A stretch of 64,000 bases of DNA from Bacteroidaceae bacterium (lineage in GTDB: Bacteria; Bacteroidota; Bacteroidia; Bacteroidales; Bacteroidaceae): positions 880 to 64,879 of the forward strand of contig JAKSIP010000011.1 of NCBI GenBank assembly GCA_024398715.1, read 5' to 3'. Shown here one piece after another: positions 27,786-37,741 of this stretch. A program made the translations under genes and the position numbers. The notes under the pieces were generated by a model. That model worked only from the letters and a program-made list of their open reading frames with translations, did no database searches and was not told the origin of the DNA. Position 1 is the first letter of the stretch, and each line of letters opens with the position of its first letter.

Positions 27786-28544
27786 CTACAAAGATTCTAT
27801 CAGGTCCTGCATCTTGAGCAGACCGGTATGGTTTACAGTATATTCGGCTGCTATTACGGCTCCCAATGCCAGACCGCTGCGGTCTTTCGCACTGTGGGTT
27901 ATTGTTATGGTATCTGCAGGAGAATCGTAATTGATGGTATGGATACCTGCTATCTCTCCCTCGCGGATAGAGTCTATCCTGATTACGTTTTCTGCGCACT
28001 CTTTTGAACCGGAAATGCTTCCGTCTGCGGCGAGCAGGGTTCCTTTAGTCCATCCTTTCATACGGTCAAGGTTGGAAATTATTCCCTCGGCAAGTGTGAT
28101 TGCAGTGCCGCTTGGCGCATCCAGTTTATGTATGTGATGCGTTTCTGACATGTCAACGCTGTATTCCGGATAGGAATTCATGATTTTGGCAAGGTAACTG
28201 TTTACCATTGAAAATACGGCTACTCCAAGACTGTAGTTGCTTGACCAGAACAGTGTATTGGCCCCGTCCTTGCACAATGCTTCCACCTCTTTGCTGTGTT
28301 CCGCCATCCATCCGGTGCTGCCGCTTACAACTTTTACGCCTGCCTTGAATGCTTTCTGAATATTGCTGAAAGCTTGCGTAGGTGCCGTGAACTCAATGGC
28401 AATATCTGCACTCTTGAATTCCGGAGAGTCAAAATCCTGCAAGTTGTCTATATCAATCCTGCATACTACACTATGTCCGCGTTTAAGGGCTACCTGTTCT
28501 ATGGCATGTCCCATTTTGCCGTATCCTATCAGTGCAATCTTCAT
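27786..28544 (-). CDS. dapB: 4-hydroxy-tetrahydrodipicolinate reductase
   Basis: MKIALIGYGKMG Rossmann start and ETHHIHKLDAPSGTA (E-x-HH-x-K-x-DAPSGTA). Confidence 0.92.
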   Translation of the reverse strand: MKIALIGYGKMGHAIEQVALKRGHSVVCRIDIDNLQDFDSPEFKSADIAIEFTAPTQAFSNIQKAFKAGVKVVSGSTGWMAEHSKEVEALCKDGANTLFWSSNYSLGVAVFSMVNSYLAKIMNSYPEYSVDMSETHHIHKLDAPSGTAITLAEGIISNLDRMKGWTKGTLLAADGSISGSKECAENVIRIDSIREGEIAGIHTINYDSPADTITITHSAKDRSGLALGAVIAAEYTVNHTGLLKMQDLIESL

Positions 28545-28565
28545 TGTTGGTGTAATTTATTGGGT

Positions 28566-28621
28566 AATATAAAAACAACACTCTTCCAAGCCATTCTGCT
28601 GAAAAGACCTGAAAGAGTGTT
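28566..28621 (-). terminator. Possible pckA terminator
   Basis: 9-bp stem AACACTCTT/AAGAGTGTT (28577-28585 / 28613-28621) followed on the minus strand by GTTTTTATATT. The 27-nt loop is unusually long. Confidence 0.35.
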
Positions 28622-28643
28622 AGTATTTAGTAGAATAAATCTA

Positions 28644-30248
28644 TCAGAGCTTTGGACCAGCTGCAACAAGTTTCTTACCTGCCTCGTTACCTGTGAACTT
28701 GGCGAAGTTCTTGATGAAACGCTGTGCAAGATCTTTTGCTTTCTCTTCCCACTGGGCTGCAGAAGCATAAGTGTCGCGCGGGTCAAGAATCTTAGGATCA
28801 ACACCTTCCAACTGTGTAGGAACTGTGAAGTTGAAATATGGGATTTGCTTTGTAGGAGCTGCGTCGATAGAGTGGTTCAGGATTGCATCGATAATTCCAC
28901 GTGTGTCGCGGATTGAGATACGCTTGCCTGTTCCGTTCCAACCTGTGTTTACAAGATATGCTTTAGCACCGCTCTTCTTCATTTTCTTTACAAGTTCCTC
29001 TGCATATTTTGTAGGATGCAGTTCAAGGAATGCCTGGCCGAAGCAAGCTGAGAATGTAGGAGTAGGTTCTGTGATACCACGCTCTGTACCTGCAAGCTTA
29101 GCTGTGAAACCTGAAAGGAAGTAGTATTTTGTCTGTTCTGCTGTCAGGATAGATACTGGAGGAAGAACTCCGAATGCATCGGCTGACAGGAAGATAACCT
29201 GTTTTGCGGCAGGACCGTCAGAAGCAGGACGTACAATATTCTTGATGTGATAGATAGGATAGCTTACGCGAGTGTTCTCTGTAACTGTCTTGTCATCGAA
29301 ATCAATAACACCGTTCTTGTCAACTGTAACGTTCTCAAGAAGAGCATCGCGACGGATTGCGTTGTAAATATCAGGCTCAGACTCTTTGTCAAGTTTGATA
29401 ACCTTTGCGTAGCAACCGCCTTCAAAGTTGAAGACACCCTTGTTGTCCCATCCGTGCTCGTCATCACCGATAAGCTTGCGTTTAGGATCTGTAGAAAGAG
29501 TTGTCTTACCTGTACCTGACAGACCGAAGAAGATAGCTGTATTCTCGCCGTTCATATCTGTGTTTGCAGAGCAGTGCATTGAAGCGATGCCCTTAAGTGG
29601 CAGATAGTAGTTCATCATTGAGAACATACCTTTCTTCATTTCACCGCCGTACCATGTGTTCAGGATAACCTGCTCCTTGCTTGATACGTTGAAAGCTACA
29701 GCTGTTTCTGAACGGAGACCCATCTCCTTGTAGTTTGCTACTTTTGCTTTTGCAGCGCAATATACTACAAAGTCAGGCTCCTGCTCGAATTCTGCAGGAT
29801 TCTGCGGACGGATGAACATATTTGTAACAAAGTGAGCCTGCCATGCAACCTCCATGATGAAACGTACTTTCATACGTGTATCCTTGTGGGTACCGCAGAA
29901 ACCGTCAACAACATAAAGTTTCTTGCCTGAAAGCTGCTCCTGAGCAAGTTTCTTGAGGATTTTCCAGTTTTTCTCTGAAAGTTCGTGGTTGTCGTTAGGA
30001 TATTCAGGAGTGTTCCACCATACGGTGTTCTTTGAATTTTTGTCCATAACGATGTACTTGTCCTTAGGTGAACGGCCTGTGAATTCACCGGTCATTACGT
30101 TAAGTGCACCCAGCTCTGTCTCCTGTGCTTTCTCAAAGCCAGTGAGTTCAGGACGCATTTCCTCGTTGAAGAGAACCTCGTAAGAAGGATTGTAGAAAAC
30201 TTCTTTAGCTCTCTTGATTCCGTACTTGCTTAAATCAATTGTTGCCAT
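28644..30248 (-). CDS. pckA: Phosphoenolpyruvate carboxykinase (ATP)
   Basis: 534 aa with the kinase-1a motif [11 protein letters not shown] and full-length PckA resemblance. Confidence 0.94.
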   Translation of the reverse strand: MATIDLSKYGIKRAKEVFYNPSYEVLFNEEMRPELTGFEKAQETELGALNVMTGEFTGRSPKDKYIVMDKNSKNTVWWNTPEYPNDNHELSEKNWKILKKLAQEQLSGKKLYVVDGFCGTHKDTRMKVRFIMEVAWQAHFVTNMFIRPQNPAEFEQEPDFVVYCAAKAKVANYKEMGLRSETAVAFNVSSKEQVILNTWYGGEMKKGMFSMMNYYLPLKGIASMHCSANTDMNGENTAIFFGLSGTGKTTLSTDPKRKLIGDDEHGWDNKGVFNFEGGCYAKVIKLDKESEPDIYNAIRRDALLENVTVDKNGVIDFDDKTVTENTRVSYPIYHIKNIVRPASDGPAAKQVIFLSADAFGVLPPVSILTAEQTKYYFLSGFTAKLAGTERGITEPTPTFSACFGQAFLELHPTKYAEELVKKMKKSGAKAYLVNTGWNGTGKRISIRDTRGIIDAILNHSIDAAPTKQIPYFNFTVPTQLEGVDPKILDPRDTYASAAQWEEKAKDLAQRFIKNFAKFTGNEAGKKLVAAGPKL

Positions 30249-30337
30249 TTTTAATTATAAATAAATTGTATTGTTAATCTCCCAAAAAACGGACACATTT
30301 GAAAACCTTTTCAAATAATGCCCTTGTTTACCGGCTA

Positions 30338-30345
30338 CAAAGATA
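30338..30345 (-). promoter_or_regulatory. Candidate -7 box (TATCTTTG on the minus strand) for pckA
   Basis: CAAAGATA on the plus strand, about 90 nt upstream of ATG 30248. Confidence 0.3.
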
Positions 30346-30439
30346 ATGTTTTATATTATTGGATATTTCCCGGAAAGAGATTTTTTAGGCTCTTTTATTA
30401 TTTTTAAGTATTGTTTATTTTTCAAATGTAAACCATCTG

Positions 30440-31447
30440 TCACTTTACTTCCCAAATGTCATTTGTTTCAAGAAGTTCTGCAAAGCTATGGTATTTCTTT
30501 GCTGCTTTTACCTCTTCAATCTGTGCACTTACGGCATCGTTGTAGGTTGGAGCGTCAACATCGCGGATAACACCAAGTGCGATAGGGAAGCCGTCTCCGT
30601 CTCCCATAAGGGCAAGCTTGAGCTGGAGAGTGTTGTCCTGGCAGTGTGCATCATGAACCAATATGTCTTTCAGATTAATTCCGTTCTCTCCGATTTTGAC
30701 TACTTTGAGTCCGAAACCTTCCTGCATGATACCATACTCATTGTTCTCTCCGAAAACCAGCGGCTGGCCATGTTTTACGTAGATTGAATTTTTTGCGCGA
30801 CCTTCTTTTGTATAGACGGCATCGTGTGTGCCATTGTTGAATATTACGCAGTTCTGCAGTATTTCACATACGGATGCACCCTTATGGTTGTATGCAGCTT
30901 TCAGGATGTCAACTGTTCCCTGTGCGTCGGTGGCGACGGCGCGTGCAAAGAAATGTCCGCGTGCTCCAAAACAGAGTTCTGCCGGGCGGAACGGATCTTC
31001 TACAGTACCGTAAGGACTTGATTTGCTTACAAAACCTCTTGGTGATGTAGGACTGTACTGTCCTTTGGTAAGACCATAAATCCTGTTGTTGAGCAGAATC
31101 ATGTTAAGGTCTATGTTGCGGCGGTTGGCATGGATAAAGTGATTGCCTCCGATAGCCAGACCGTCACCATCGCCTGATATCTGCCAAACAGCCAGATCGG
31201 GGTTGGTGACTTTACAACCGGTTGCTATAGCTGCTGCACGACCGTGAATTGTGTTCATGCCGTATGTTGCCATGTAGTGGGGAAGACGGCTTGAACATCC
31301 TATTCCTGAGATTACGGCTACGTTGTGCGGAGCAACTCCAATCTCGGCCATTGCCTTGTGAAGAGATGCCAAAAAGAAATGGTCTCCGCAACCCGGACAC
31401 CAGCGTGGTTGTCCTTTCTTGAAATCCTGTGCTGTATATTCGCTCAT
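30440..31447 (-). CDS. korB: 2-oxoacid:ferredoxin oxidoreductase, beta subunit (KorB-type)
   Basis: N-terminal WCPGCGDH and the TPP-binding GDGDGLAIGGNH. Confidence 0.88.
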   Translation of the reverse strand: MSEYTAQDFKKGQPRWCPGCGDHFFLASLHKAMAEIGVAPHNVAVISGIGCSSRLPHYMATYGMNTIHGRAAAIATGCKVTNPDLAVWQISGDGDGLAIGGNHFIHANRRNIDLNMILLNNRIYGLTKGQYSPTSPRGFVSKSSPYGTVEDPFRPAELCFGARGHFFARAVATDAQGTVDILKAAYNHKGASVCEILQNCVIFNNGTHDAVYTKEGRAKNSIYVKHGQPLVFGENNEYGIMQEGFGLKVVKIGENGINLKDILVHDAHCQDNTLQLKLALMGDGDGFPIALGVIRDVDAPTYNDAVSAQIEEVKAAKKYHSFAELLETNDIWEVK

Positions 31448-31459
31448 AATCTTATTTTT

Positions 31460-33295
31460 TTACTTGTCGATAATTTCTGTGAATGATTTCACAAGTTCGT
31501 TCACTACAAACGGCTGACCCTTTACCTGATTGAACTGGTACGGAACAAATCCGTCAACTTTCATTCTGAGGAATGCTGCAAGCTGTCCCATGTTCTGTTC
31601 GGCAACAACAACTTTCCTGTATTTGCCAAGAACCTGTGCGGTGTTCTTTGGAAGCGGGTTGATAAATTTGAAGTGTGCCATTGCAACTTTCTTTCCGTTT
31701 GCACGCATATCTTCCATTGCAGCGCGCAGGTGACCGTATGTGCCGCCAAAGCCAACAATAAGCAAATCGGCATTGTCCTTGTCTCCAAGAACTTCAAGAT
31801 CAGGTACCTGGATGTTGTCAATTTTCTGCTGGCGCAGATGCACCATAAGGTCGTGGTTCTCAGGGGCGGTAGAGATTGCACCTGTCTTGCAGTCTTTCTC
31901 AAGACCTCCAAGTATATGGCAGAACCCTTCACGTCCCGGAACTGCCCAGTAGCGGGTTCCGTTTTCCGCACGCATATATGGTGTCCATGTACCTTTCATC
32001 TCTTCAGGAACATATGGAGGATTGATTGCCGGATAGTCTGCAAGGTTAGGCAGACGGAAAGCGGCAGAACCGTTTGCAACGAATGCATCTGTAAGCAGAA
32101 CGACCGGAGTCATGTGTTCAAGAGCCATCTTGCTTGCCTGGAAAGCCGCATCAAAGCAGTCTGTCGGGCTGGTTGCCGCAATAACAGGCATAGGACTTTC
32201 ACCGTTACGTCCAAAGAGTACCTGCAGCAAGTCTGTCTGTTCGCTCTTTGTTGGAAGTCCTGTTGCAGGACCGCCGCGCTGTACATCAAGCACAACTAAT
32301 GGAAGTTCCATGATAACGGCCAGGTTCATTGCTTCCGATTTGAGGCAGATGCCAGGTCCTGAAGTTGATGTTACTGCAAGAGCTCCGGCGAAAGATGCGC
32401 CTACTGCCGATGAACAGCCTGCAATCTCGTCTTCGCACTGGACGGTTGTAACACCGAGTGATTTGTGCTTTGACAGTTCATGCAGAACATCTGTTGCAGG
32501 TGTGATAGGGTATGAACCCAAATATAATTTGAGACCGGCCTTTTCTGCAGCGGCAATGAAACCGTATGCGGTGGCTTTGTTCCCGGTAATATCCATGTAT
32601 CTGCCGGCTTCTTTGGTCTTTGACTCTATTCTGTAAACATTCATTGCAGAACTGTGGGTGTTGTGCCCGTAGTCATAACCTGCCTGGATGACTTTTATGT
32701 TGGCATCGGCAAGACCCGCTTTCTTGGCGAATTTTTCGCGCAGATAGTTGTAGGCGATGTCCAGGTCACGGTCAAACAACCAGCATACAAGGCCAAGTGC
32801 AAACATGTTACGGCATTTGAGAACGGATTTGTTATCCATTCCGGAGTCTGCAAGACAGTCCTTGACCATTTGGGATATAGGACATGCAATAACGCGGTCT
32901 GCATCAATATTCATCTCGGCCAGAGGATCTTCTGTCTGGAACTGTGCTTTTTCAAGATCGCTCTTTTTGAATGAATCAGTGTCAATTATGATTGTTGCGT
33001 TAGGTTTTGCATATTTGTACTGGGTTTTCAATGCTGCTGCATTCATTGCTACAAGAACATCGCACTGGTCACCCGGTGTATAGACTTTGTCTGCACCGAT
33101 ATGGACCTGAAAACCTGAAACACCGGTCAGCGACCCCTGCGGAGCACGTATATCTGCCGGGTAGTCCGGAAAGGTGCTGATACTGTTTCCTACTGTTGCG
33201 GAAACGGTTGAAAAAATGTTACCTGCAAGCTGCATACCGTCTCCGGAATCTCCTGAGAAACGTACTACAACCTGATCCAATTCTTTTACTTCCAT
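31460..33295 (-). CDS. korA: 2-oxoacid:acceptor oxidoreductase, alpha subunit (KorA-type, fused gamma-alpha)
   Basis: The track ORF reaches 33391. ATG 33295 (MEVKELDQVVVRFSGDSGDGMQ) matches the usual N-terminus and lies downstream of a -7 box. Confidence 0.88.
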   Translation of the reverse strand: MEVKELDQVVVRFSGDSGDGMQLAGNIFSTVSATVGNSISTFPDYPADIRAPQGSLTGVSGFQVHIGADKVYTPGDQCDVLVAMNAAALKTQYKYAKPNATIIIDTDSFKKSDLEKAQFQTEDPLAEMNIDADRVIACPISQMVKDCLADSGMDNKSVLKCRNMFALGLVCWLFDRDLDIAYNYLREKFAKKAGLADANIKVIQAGYDYGHNTHSSAMNVYRIESKTKEAGRYMDITGNKATAYGFIAAAEKAGLKLYLGSYPITPATDVLHELSKHKSLGVTTVQCEDEIAGCSSAVGASFAGALAVTSTSGPGICLKSEAMNLAVIMELPLVVLDVQRGGPATGLPTKSEQTDLLQVLFGRNGESPMPVIAATSPTDCFDAAFQASKMALEHMTPVVLLTDAFVANGSAAFRLPNLADYPAINPPYVPEEMKGTWTPYMRAENGTRYWAVPGREGFCHILGGLEKDCKTGAISTAPENHDLMVHLRQQKIDNIQVPDLEVLGDKDNADLLIVGFGGTYGHLRAAMEDMRANGKKVAMAHFKFINPLPKNTAQVLGKYRKVVVAEQNMGQLAAFLRMKVDGFVPYQFNQVKGQPFVVNELVKSFTEIIDK

Positions 33296-33326
33296 ATTGA
33301 TTGTGAATATTTTTTCATTTTGACTG

Positions 33327-33334
33327 CAAAAATA
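33327..33334 (-). promoter_or_regulatory. Candidate -7 box (TATTTTTG on the minus strand) for korAB
   Basis: CAAAAATA on the plus strand, 31 nt upstream of ATG 33295 and inside the rejected N-terminal extension. Confidence 0.4.
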
Positions 33335-33553
33335 CTTCTTTTTATTCAAATATGCTACTATTTTTTTCGTTTTTCTAACATAATGTTGCATATTTATTTG
33401 CTTTTTTGTGAATACTGTATCAAATTATGCAATAATTATGCATATTTCATATTGTGCTGTTATTCAAATTTTGTGCGGCATGTTTGTGTATTCGCATAGA
33501 TTGTAGTAATTTCGTGGCGGCAATCTGTTTTGCCATGTCACCATGTTTGTGAC

Positions 33554-33625
33554 GCCTCCGTAGTTCAATGGATAGAATGGAAGTTTCCTAAACTTTAGAT
33601 TCGGGTTCGATTCCCGGCGGAGGTA
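33554..33625 (+). tRNA. tRNA-Arg (anticodon CCT)
   Basis: Folded by hand. Acceptor GCCTCCG/CGGAGGT (G1-T72 wobble), D-arm GTTC-AATGGATA-GAAT, anticodon arm GAAGT-TTCCTAA-ACTTT (U33, CCT, A37), T-arm TCGGG-TTCGATT-CCCGG, discriminator A. CCA is not encoded. Confidence 0.9.
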
Positions 33626-33666
33626 CAATACTTTCAATCTTACAATACATACGATAATCTGCATAT

Positions 33667-33780
33667 AACTGCGCCGCAAATTGCATTCCGTACGAAATAG
33701 CGCCTTCTGCCGTACCAACTGCGCCGCGAATTGCATTCCGTACGAAATAGCGCCTTCTGCCGTACCAACTGCGCCGCAAA
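33667..33780. repeat. 50-bp tandem repeat, 2 full units plus a 14-nt partial third
   Basis: Unit AACTGCGCCGCAAATTGCATTCCGTACGAAATAGCGCCTTCTGCCGTACC occupies 33667-33716 and 33717-33766, with one difference (a33678 versus g33728). A third unit starts at 33767 and degenerates after 33780. Confidence 0.9.
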
Positions 33781-33872
33781 CCCCATTCGGTAGAATTTCA
33801 TACACAACGCATGCTCCACTAGGCACTTGCCACCTGATGCGAAGCTGACGCCTGCATCTATATACAAAGAAA

Positions 33873-33912
33873 CCGGCCAAAAATCACTTTTTGGTCGGCC
33901 TCTTATTTTTTT
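33873..33912. terminator. Bidirectional intrinsic terminator (secDF on the minus strand, tRNA trailer on the plus strand)
   Basis: 11-bp stem CCGGCCAAAAA/TTTTTGGTCGG (one G-T pair) with loop TCAC. The plus strand then has CTCTTATTTTTTT. The minus strand then has TTTCTTTGTATA. It sits 14 nt past the secDF stop. Confidence 0.7.
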
Positions 33913-33926
33913 GACTACTTGCTCTG

Positions 33927-36881
33927 TTATTTTTTTCTGAGTGTGTAGTATGCGGTAGGAACTGCAACAAAGATTGAAGAACATGTACCGAATATTACAC
34001 CGAGAATCATTGCGAATGCAAAGCTGCGGATGCTGTCTCCACCAAGGAAGAAGATACACAACAATACAATCAATGTGCTGACAGATGTGTTGATTGTACG
34101 CGCAAGTGTATTGTTGATAGCAGTATTGAACAATTCTTTCTTATCGTGCTTGGGATAGAGTCCCAGGTATTCGCGGATACGGTCAAATACAACCACCTTA
34201 TCGTTGATTGAGTAACCGATAGCCGTAAGGATAGCACCTATGAATGTCTGGTCAATTTCCAATGAGAACGGCATCCATCCCCAGCAGATTGAATACATAC
34301 CTATAATTATCAATGTGTCAAAGAACAGTGCGACAATTGAACCTATACTGAAAGCCACGTTGCGGAAACGGATAAGTATGTACAGGAAGATTGCTATGAG
34401 TGCAAGTATTACGGATATGATTGCACCGCGTGTGATGTCCTCGGCAATGCTTGGTCCTACCTTCTGAGAAGATATGATGGAACCTCCGGCGCGGTTGTCG
34501 CGGTCGATGAATGTTGCAAGATCCAGGTTTGCACTGAGAAGACCTTCTGCCTTGAGTGAGCGGAACAGGAATTCTTCAATCTCGGCATCGATGTTTTCAG
34601 ATTCATCTTCAATCTTGTAGTTGGTTGTTACACGGATTGTCTTGTGGTCTGTACCAAGGGCGATTGCCTGAACATTTGCCTTAACCTGCTGCTCATTGTC
34701 CTCGTCGATGGTTTTCTGCAGCAATGTGCGGACTGTTTCCGGTTCAACCTGCTGCTCAAACTGGATTACAAAGTTACGGCCACCAGTAAAGTCAATACTC
34801 TTGCTCAGTCCGCGTGTTGCAAGGAAAGCAATGCAGATTACTGCAATTATACCGAATATTGTGAATGATTTCTTGGCCATTCCCATGAACTTGAATGCAG
34901 TATTCTGCATAAGGTTTTTGGACAGACCTGTTGTGAATGTAAGGTTCTGCAGTTTGCCTTTGCCAAGGAAATATTCATAAACAATTCTTGTAAGGAATAC
35001 AGCTGTAAAGAATGAGCAGATGATACCTATAATAAGTGTTGTGGCAAATCCGCGGATAGGACCTGTTCCAAAGTAGAACAGAATAATACCGGTGATGATT
35101 GATGTAAGGTTGGAGTCAAAAATTGCGGAGAATGCATTTTTGTAACCGTCTGTCAATGCAGCTGCAACTGATTTGCCACTCTTTAACTCTTCTTTAGCAC
35201 GCTCGTAGATAAGCACGTTGGCATCGACTGCCATACCAAGGGTAAGAACTATACCTGCAATACCTGACAATGTAAGTGCTGCCTGGAAAGATGCAAGAAT
35301 ACCAAGTGTAAAGAAGAAGTTGCACAAAAGTGCACCGTTTGCTACCATACCCGGTATGAAGCCGTATATCAGGCACATGTATATCATCAGAATGATGAAC
35401 GCAACGATGAAGGACATAAGTCCCTGGTGAATTGATTCCTGACCCAGTGACGGACCTACAATGTCTTCCTGTACAATCTTTGCAGGAGCAGGCATTTTAC
35501 CTGACATAAGAACGTTGGCAAGGTCCTGAGTCTCTTCTATCGTGAAACTGCCGGTAATCTGTGAGTTACCACCAGAAATCTCGTCGCTTACGTTAGGAGC
35601 ACTATATACAAGATTGTCAAGTACAATTGCAATGTTGCGCTGTATGTTGGCTTTTGTCAACTGGGCCCATTTGCGAGCGCCCTCGCTGTTCATGGACATG
35701 CTTACACTCGGGTTGTTGAACTGGTCAAAATCTGCGCTTGAAGTTGTAACAACCTCGCCGGTAAGTGGAGCCTGTCCGTTTTTCTGTGTTGACTTGATGG
35801 CGTAGAGTTCAAAGAACTGGCCTTTTGTGTCTATTGCCTTTACACCCCACATGAGCTTGAGGTCACGTGGAAGCAATGTCTTGATTTCCGGACGGTTGAA
35901 CATGGCATTTATAGCCGCTGTATCGTTGTAGTGGCAATAACCCATGATAGGTCCGTTGTATGACGGAGCACTCAGTCTTGCCAGAATAGGGTTGTTCTTG
36001 TACATTGCCTCTTTTTGCTCTTTTGACAACTGCTGCTCTTCCTGATTCATAAGTGCGCTTGCCAAATCTTCTGTCCCGGTTTCTTTGGCTTCTGCCTGTT
36101 CAGGTTTGCTGCTGCCTTCTGACTCGGCAATTGTGCGCATTTTGCTGTCTGCTGCTACAAGAATGTCTGAAAGTTCATCGTATTTGTATGTCTCCCAGAA
36201 TTCCAGATTGGCGGAACCCTGAAGAAGCTTGCGTACACGTTCCGGCTCTTTGACACCCGGCAGTTCCACCATGATACGGCCCTGCTGTCCTTCAAGTTCC
36301 TGAATGTTGGGCTGAGCTACACCGAAACGGTCGATACGGGTTCTGATAACCAGGAATGAGTGGTCTATTGCGGCATCGACCTCTTCTCTCAACACCTTGA
36401 TGACTTCTTCATCAGAACTCTGTACGTTTACTCTGTCCTTAAGAATTGAATTGGAGAAGACTGCGCTGAGTTTGCCTGTAGGATTGACCTTTTTGTATTC
36501 TTCTGCAAAGATGCCGATGAAATCAGCCTGCGCACCGAATGCACGTTTCTTGGCCTGTGCCAAAGCCTGATTGAACATTTCATCGTTTTTATTGCCTGAC
36601 AGTGACTTGATTACATCCGGAACCGATACTTCCAGAATGACGTTCATACCGCCCTTGAGATCCAGACCGAGTCCGATTTCCATTTCGCGGCAGTCTTTGT
36701 AAGAATAAAGACCCAACCAAACTTTTTCATTCATAATGGAGTCCAGATAAGCCTGTTCTCCAATTGGGCTTTGAGCAGCCTTTTTCTCAATGCTGCTGGT
36801 TTTGAAAGTAAAGGAAAGATAGAACAGACACACAAGTGTCAAAGCTATGGCAAATACCTTTACAAATCCTTTGTTTTGCAT
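33927..36881 (-). CDS. secDF: Protein translocase subunit SecDF (fused)
   Basis: 984 aa with two 6-TM blocks and periplasmic domains, as in the SecD then SecF order typical of Bacteroidetes. Confidence 0.93.
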   Translation of the reverse strand: MQNKGFVKVFAIALTLVCLFYLSFTFKTSSIEKKAAQSPIGEQAYLDSIMNEKVWLGLYSYKDCREMEIGLGLDLKGGMNVILEVSVPDVIKSLSGNKNDEMFNQALAQAKKRAFGAQADFIGIFAEEYKKVNPTGKLSAVFSNSILKDRVNVQSSDEEVIKVLREEVDAAIDHSFLVIRTRIDRFGVAQPNIQELEGQQGRIMVELPGVKEPERVRKLLQGSANLEFWETYKYDELSDILVAADSKMRTIAESEGSSKPEQAEAKETGTEDLASALMNQEEQQLSKEQKEAMYKNNPILARLSAPSYNGPIMGYCHYNDTAAINAMFNRPEIKTLLPRDLKLMWGVKAIDTKGQFFELYAIKSTQKNGQAPLTGEVVTTSSADFDQFNNPSVSMSMNSEGARKWAQLTKANIQRNIAIVLDNLVYSAPNVSDEISGGNSQITGSFTIEETQDLANVLMSGKMPAPAKIVQEDIVGPSLGQESIHQGLMSFIVAFIILMIYMCLIYGFIPGMVANGALLCNFFFTLGILASFQAALTLSGIAGIVLTLGMAVDANVLIYERAKEELKSGKSVAAALTDGYKNAFSAIFDSNLTSIITGIILFYFGTGPIRGFATTLIIGIICSFFTAVFLTRIVYEYFLGKGKLQNLTFTTGLSKNLMQNTAFKFMGMAKKSFTIFGIIAVICIAFLATRGLSKSIDFTGGRNFVIQFEQQVEPETVRTLLQKTIDEDNEQQVKANVQAIALGTDHKTIRVTTNYKIEDESENIDAEIEEFLFRSLKAEGLLSANLDLATFIDRDNRAGGSIISSQKVGPSIAEDITRGAIISVILALIAIFLYILIRFRNVAFSIGSIVALFFDTLIIIGMYSICWGWMPFSLEIDQTFIGAILTAIGYSINDKVVVFDRIREYLGLYPKHDKKELFNTAINNTLARTINTSVSTLIVLLCIFFLGGDSIRSFAFAMILGVIFGTCSSIFVAVPTAYYTLRKK

Positions 36882-36945
36882 ATTGTTTGTATGTTTTTAA
36901 TATTTATTATTCGTACAAAAAGTCTTACGCTTAATTTTAAGCGTG

Positions 36946-36953
36946 CAAATATA
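36946..36953 (-). promoter_or_regulatory. Candidate -7 box (TATATTTG on the minus strand) for secDF
   Basis: CAAATATA on the plus strand, 64 nt upstream of ATG 36881. Confidence 0.35.
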
Positions 36954-36993
36954 CACAAGATTCTCCTAAAAAAGAGTATCCGGTGTTATTTTT

Positions 36994-37659
36994 TTAATAT
37001 ATTCCTTTCCGGCGCCAATGTCTGATCAGCAGAAAAGCGAACAGCATTCCTCCAAGATGGGCAAAATGGGCCACATTGTCTCCGGGGCGATTGCTGAGTC
37101 CCATTACTATTTCCAGCACGATGTATCCTGTAACAAGCCATTTTGCCTTTATGGGAAATGGGAACGGTATTATGAACAGAGGCTGGTCCGGATATGTCAT
37201 TGCATATCCAAGAAGAATACCGTAAACGGCACCGCTGGCACCGACTGTATTGAGCATGTTCAGATACTCTTTCATGGGGATTGACATTCCTGCTATGGAT
37301 ACGTAGTCATAGCGTGAAAGTTCAATAAGATAATGTATGTATTGAACGCCTTCCTGAATTATTCCTGCGCCCAATCCGCATACAAGATACAGTATCAGAA
37401 ATCTTTTCGGTCCCCATGTGTTCTCAAGTATTCTTCCGAACATCCAAACTGCAAACATGTTGAAAAATATATGTCCTATGCCTGAATGCATGAACATGTA
37501 CGTAAAGAACTGGTATAATCTGAAATCCGATGCAAGGAAAAAGTGCAGCCCGAGATATTTGTCAATGTCCAGACCGTATTTTGTGGCAACTGCCGCTCCC
37601 ATAAAGAACAGCACATTCCATATAAGCAGATGCTTTGTTACTGTAGGCATATTATTCAT
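36994..37659 (-). CDS. Rhomboid family intramembrane serine protease
   Basis: Polytopic, with HSGIGHIFFNM, the catalytic GASGAVYG and AHLGGMLF. Confidence 0.88.
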   Translation of the reverse strand: MNNMPTVTKHLLIWNVLFFMGAAVATKYGLDIDKYLGLHFFLASDFRLYQFFTYMFMHSGIGHIFFNMFAVWMFGRILENTWGPKRFLILYLVCGLGAGIIQEGVQYIHYLIELSRYDYVSIAGMSIPMKEYLNMLNTVGASGAVYGILLGYAMTYPDQPLFIIPFPFPIKAKWLVTGYIVLEIVMGLSNRPGDNVAHFAHLGGMLFAFLLIRHWRRKGIY

Positions 37660-37712
37660 GCCTGCAAAGTTAATTGTTTTTTTGTAAATTTGTGCAAATG
37701 CACGGAAATGAG

Positions 37713-37720
37713 TATTTTTG
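37713..37720 (+). promoter_or_regulatory. Candidate -7 box TATTTTTG for argS
   Basis: 21 nt upstream of ATG 37742. A second match, TAAATTTG, is at 37685-37692. Confidence 0.4.
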
Positions 37721-37741
37721 CCGGGTCAAAATTATTCAGAA

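Noticed and set aside
28644-33295. pckA plus two separate 2-oxoacid:ferredoxin oxidoreductases as something unusual
   Set aside because: This is the expected central-carbon toolkit of anaerobic Bacteroidales (a reductive/branched TCA route with PEP carboxykinase). It is ordinary.
33426-33444. Palindrome TATGCA-N7-TGCATA in the korA/tRNA intergenic region as an operator
   Set aside because: It has 6-bp arms in a very AT-rich 258-bp spacer and is likely to arise by chance. I cannot recognise a matching known regulator consensus.
33667-33780. Possible CRISPR array downstream of the tRNA
   Set aside because: The 50-bp units abut directly with no unique spacers. There are only 2.3 copies and no cas genes in the window. 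It is a plain tandem repeat.
33554-33926. Genomic island or integrative element inserted at the tRNA-Arg 3' end
   Set aside because: I found no integrase, no duplicated tRNA 3' segment and no cargo. The flanking genes (korAB, secDF) are core genes only about 300 bp away.
33464-34059. Three minus-strand track ORFs (138, 63 and 139 aa) across the tRNA/repeat region
   Set aside because: They overlap the tRNA gene, the tandem repeat (which generates their internally repeated peptide) and the secDF 3' end. Their composition is Arg/Cys-rich and junk-like.
37718-37741. Track start codons at 37718 (argS), 51212 (GLUG), 14874 (rpoN) and 26298 (WbqC-like)
   Set aside because: All four are TTG codons. 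In each case an in-frame ATG lies 2-8 codons downstream. For argS the TTG sits inside the putative -7 box, and for the GLUG protein the ATG gives a clean signal peptide.
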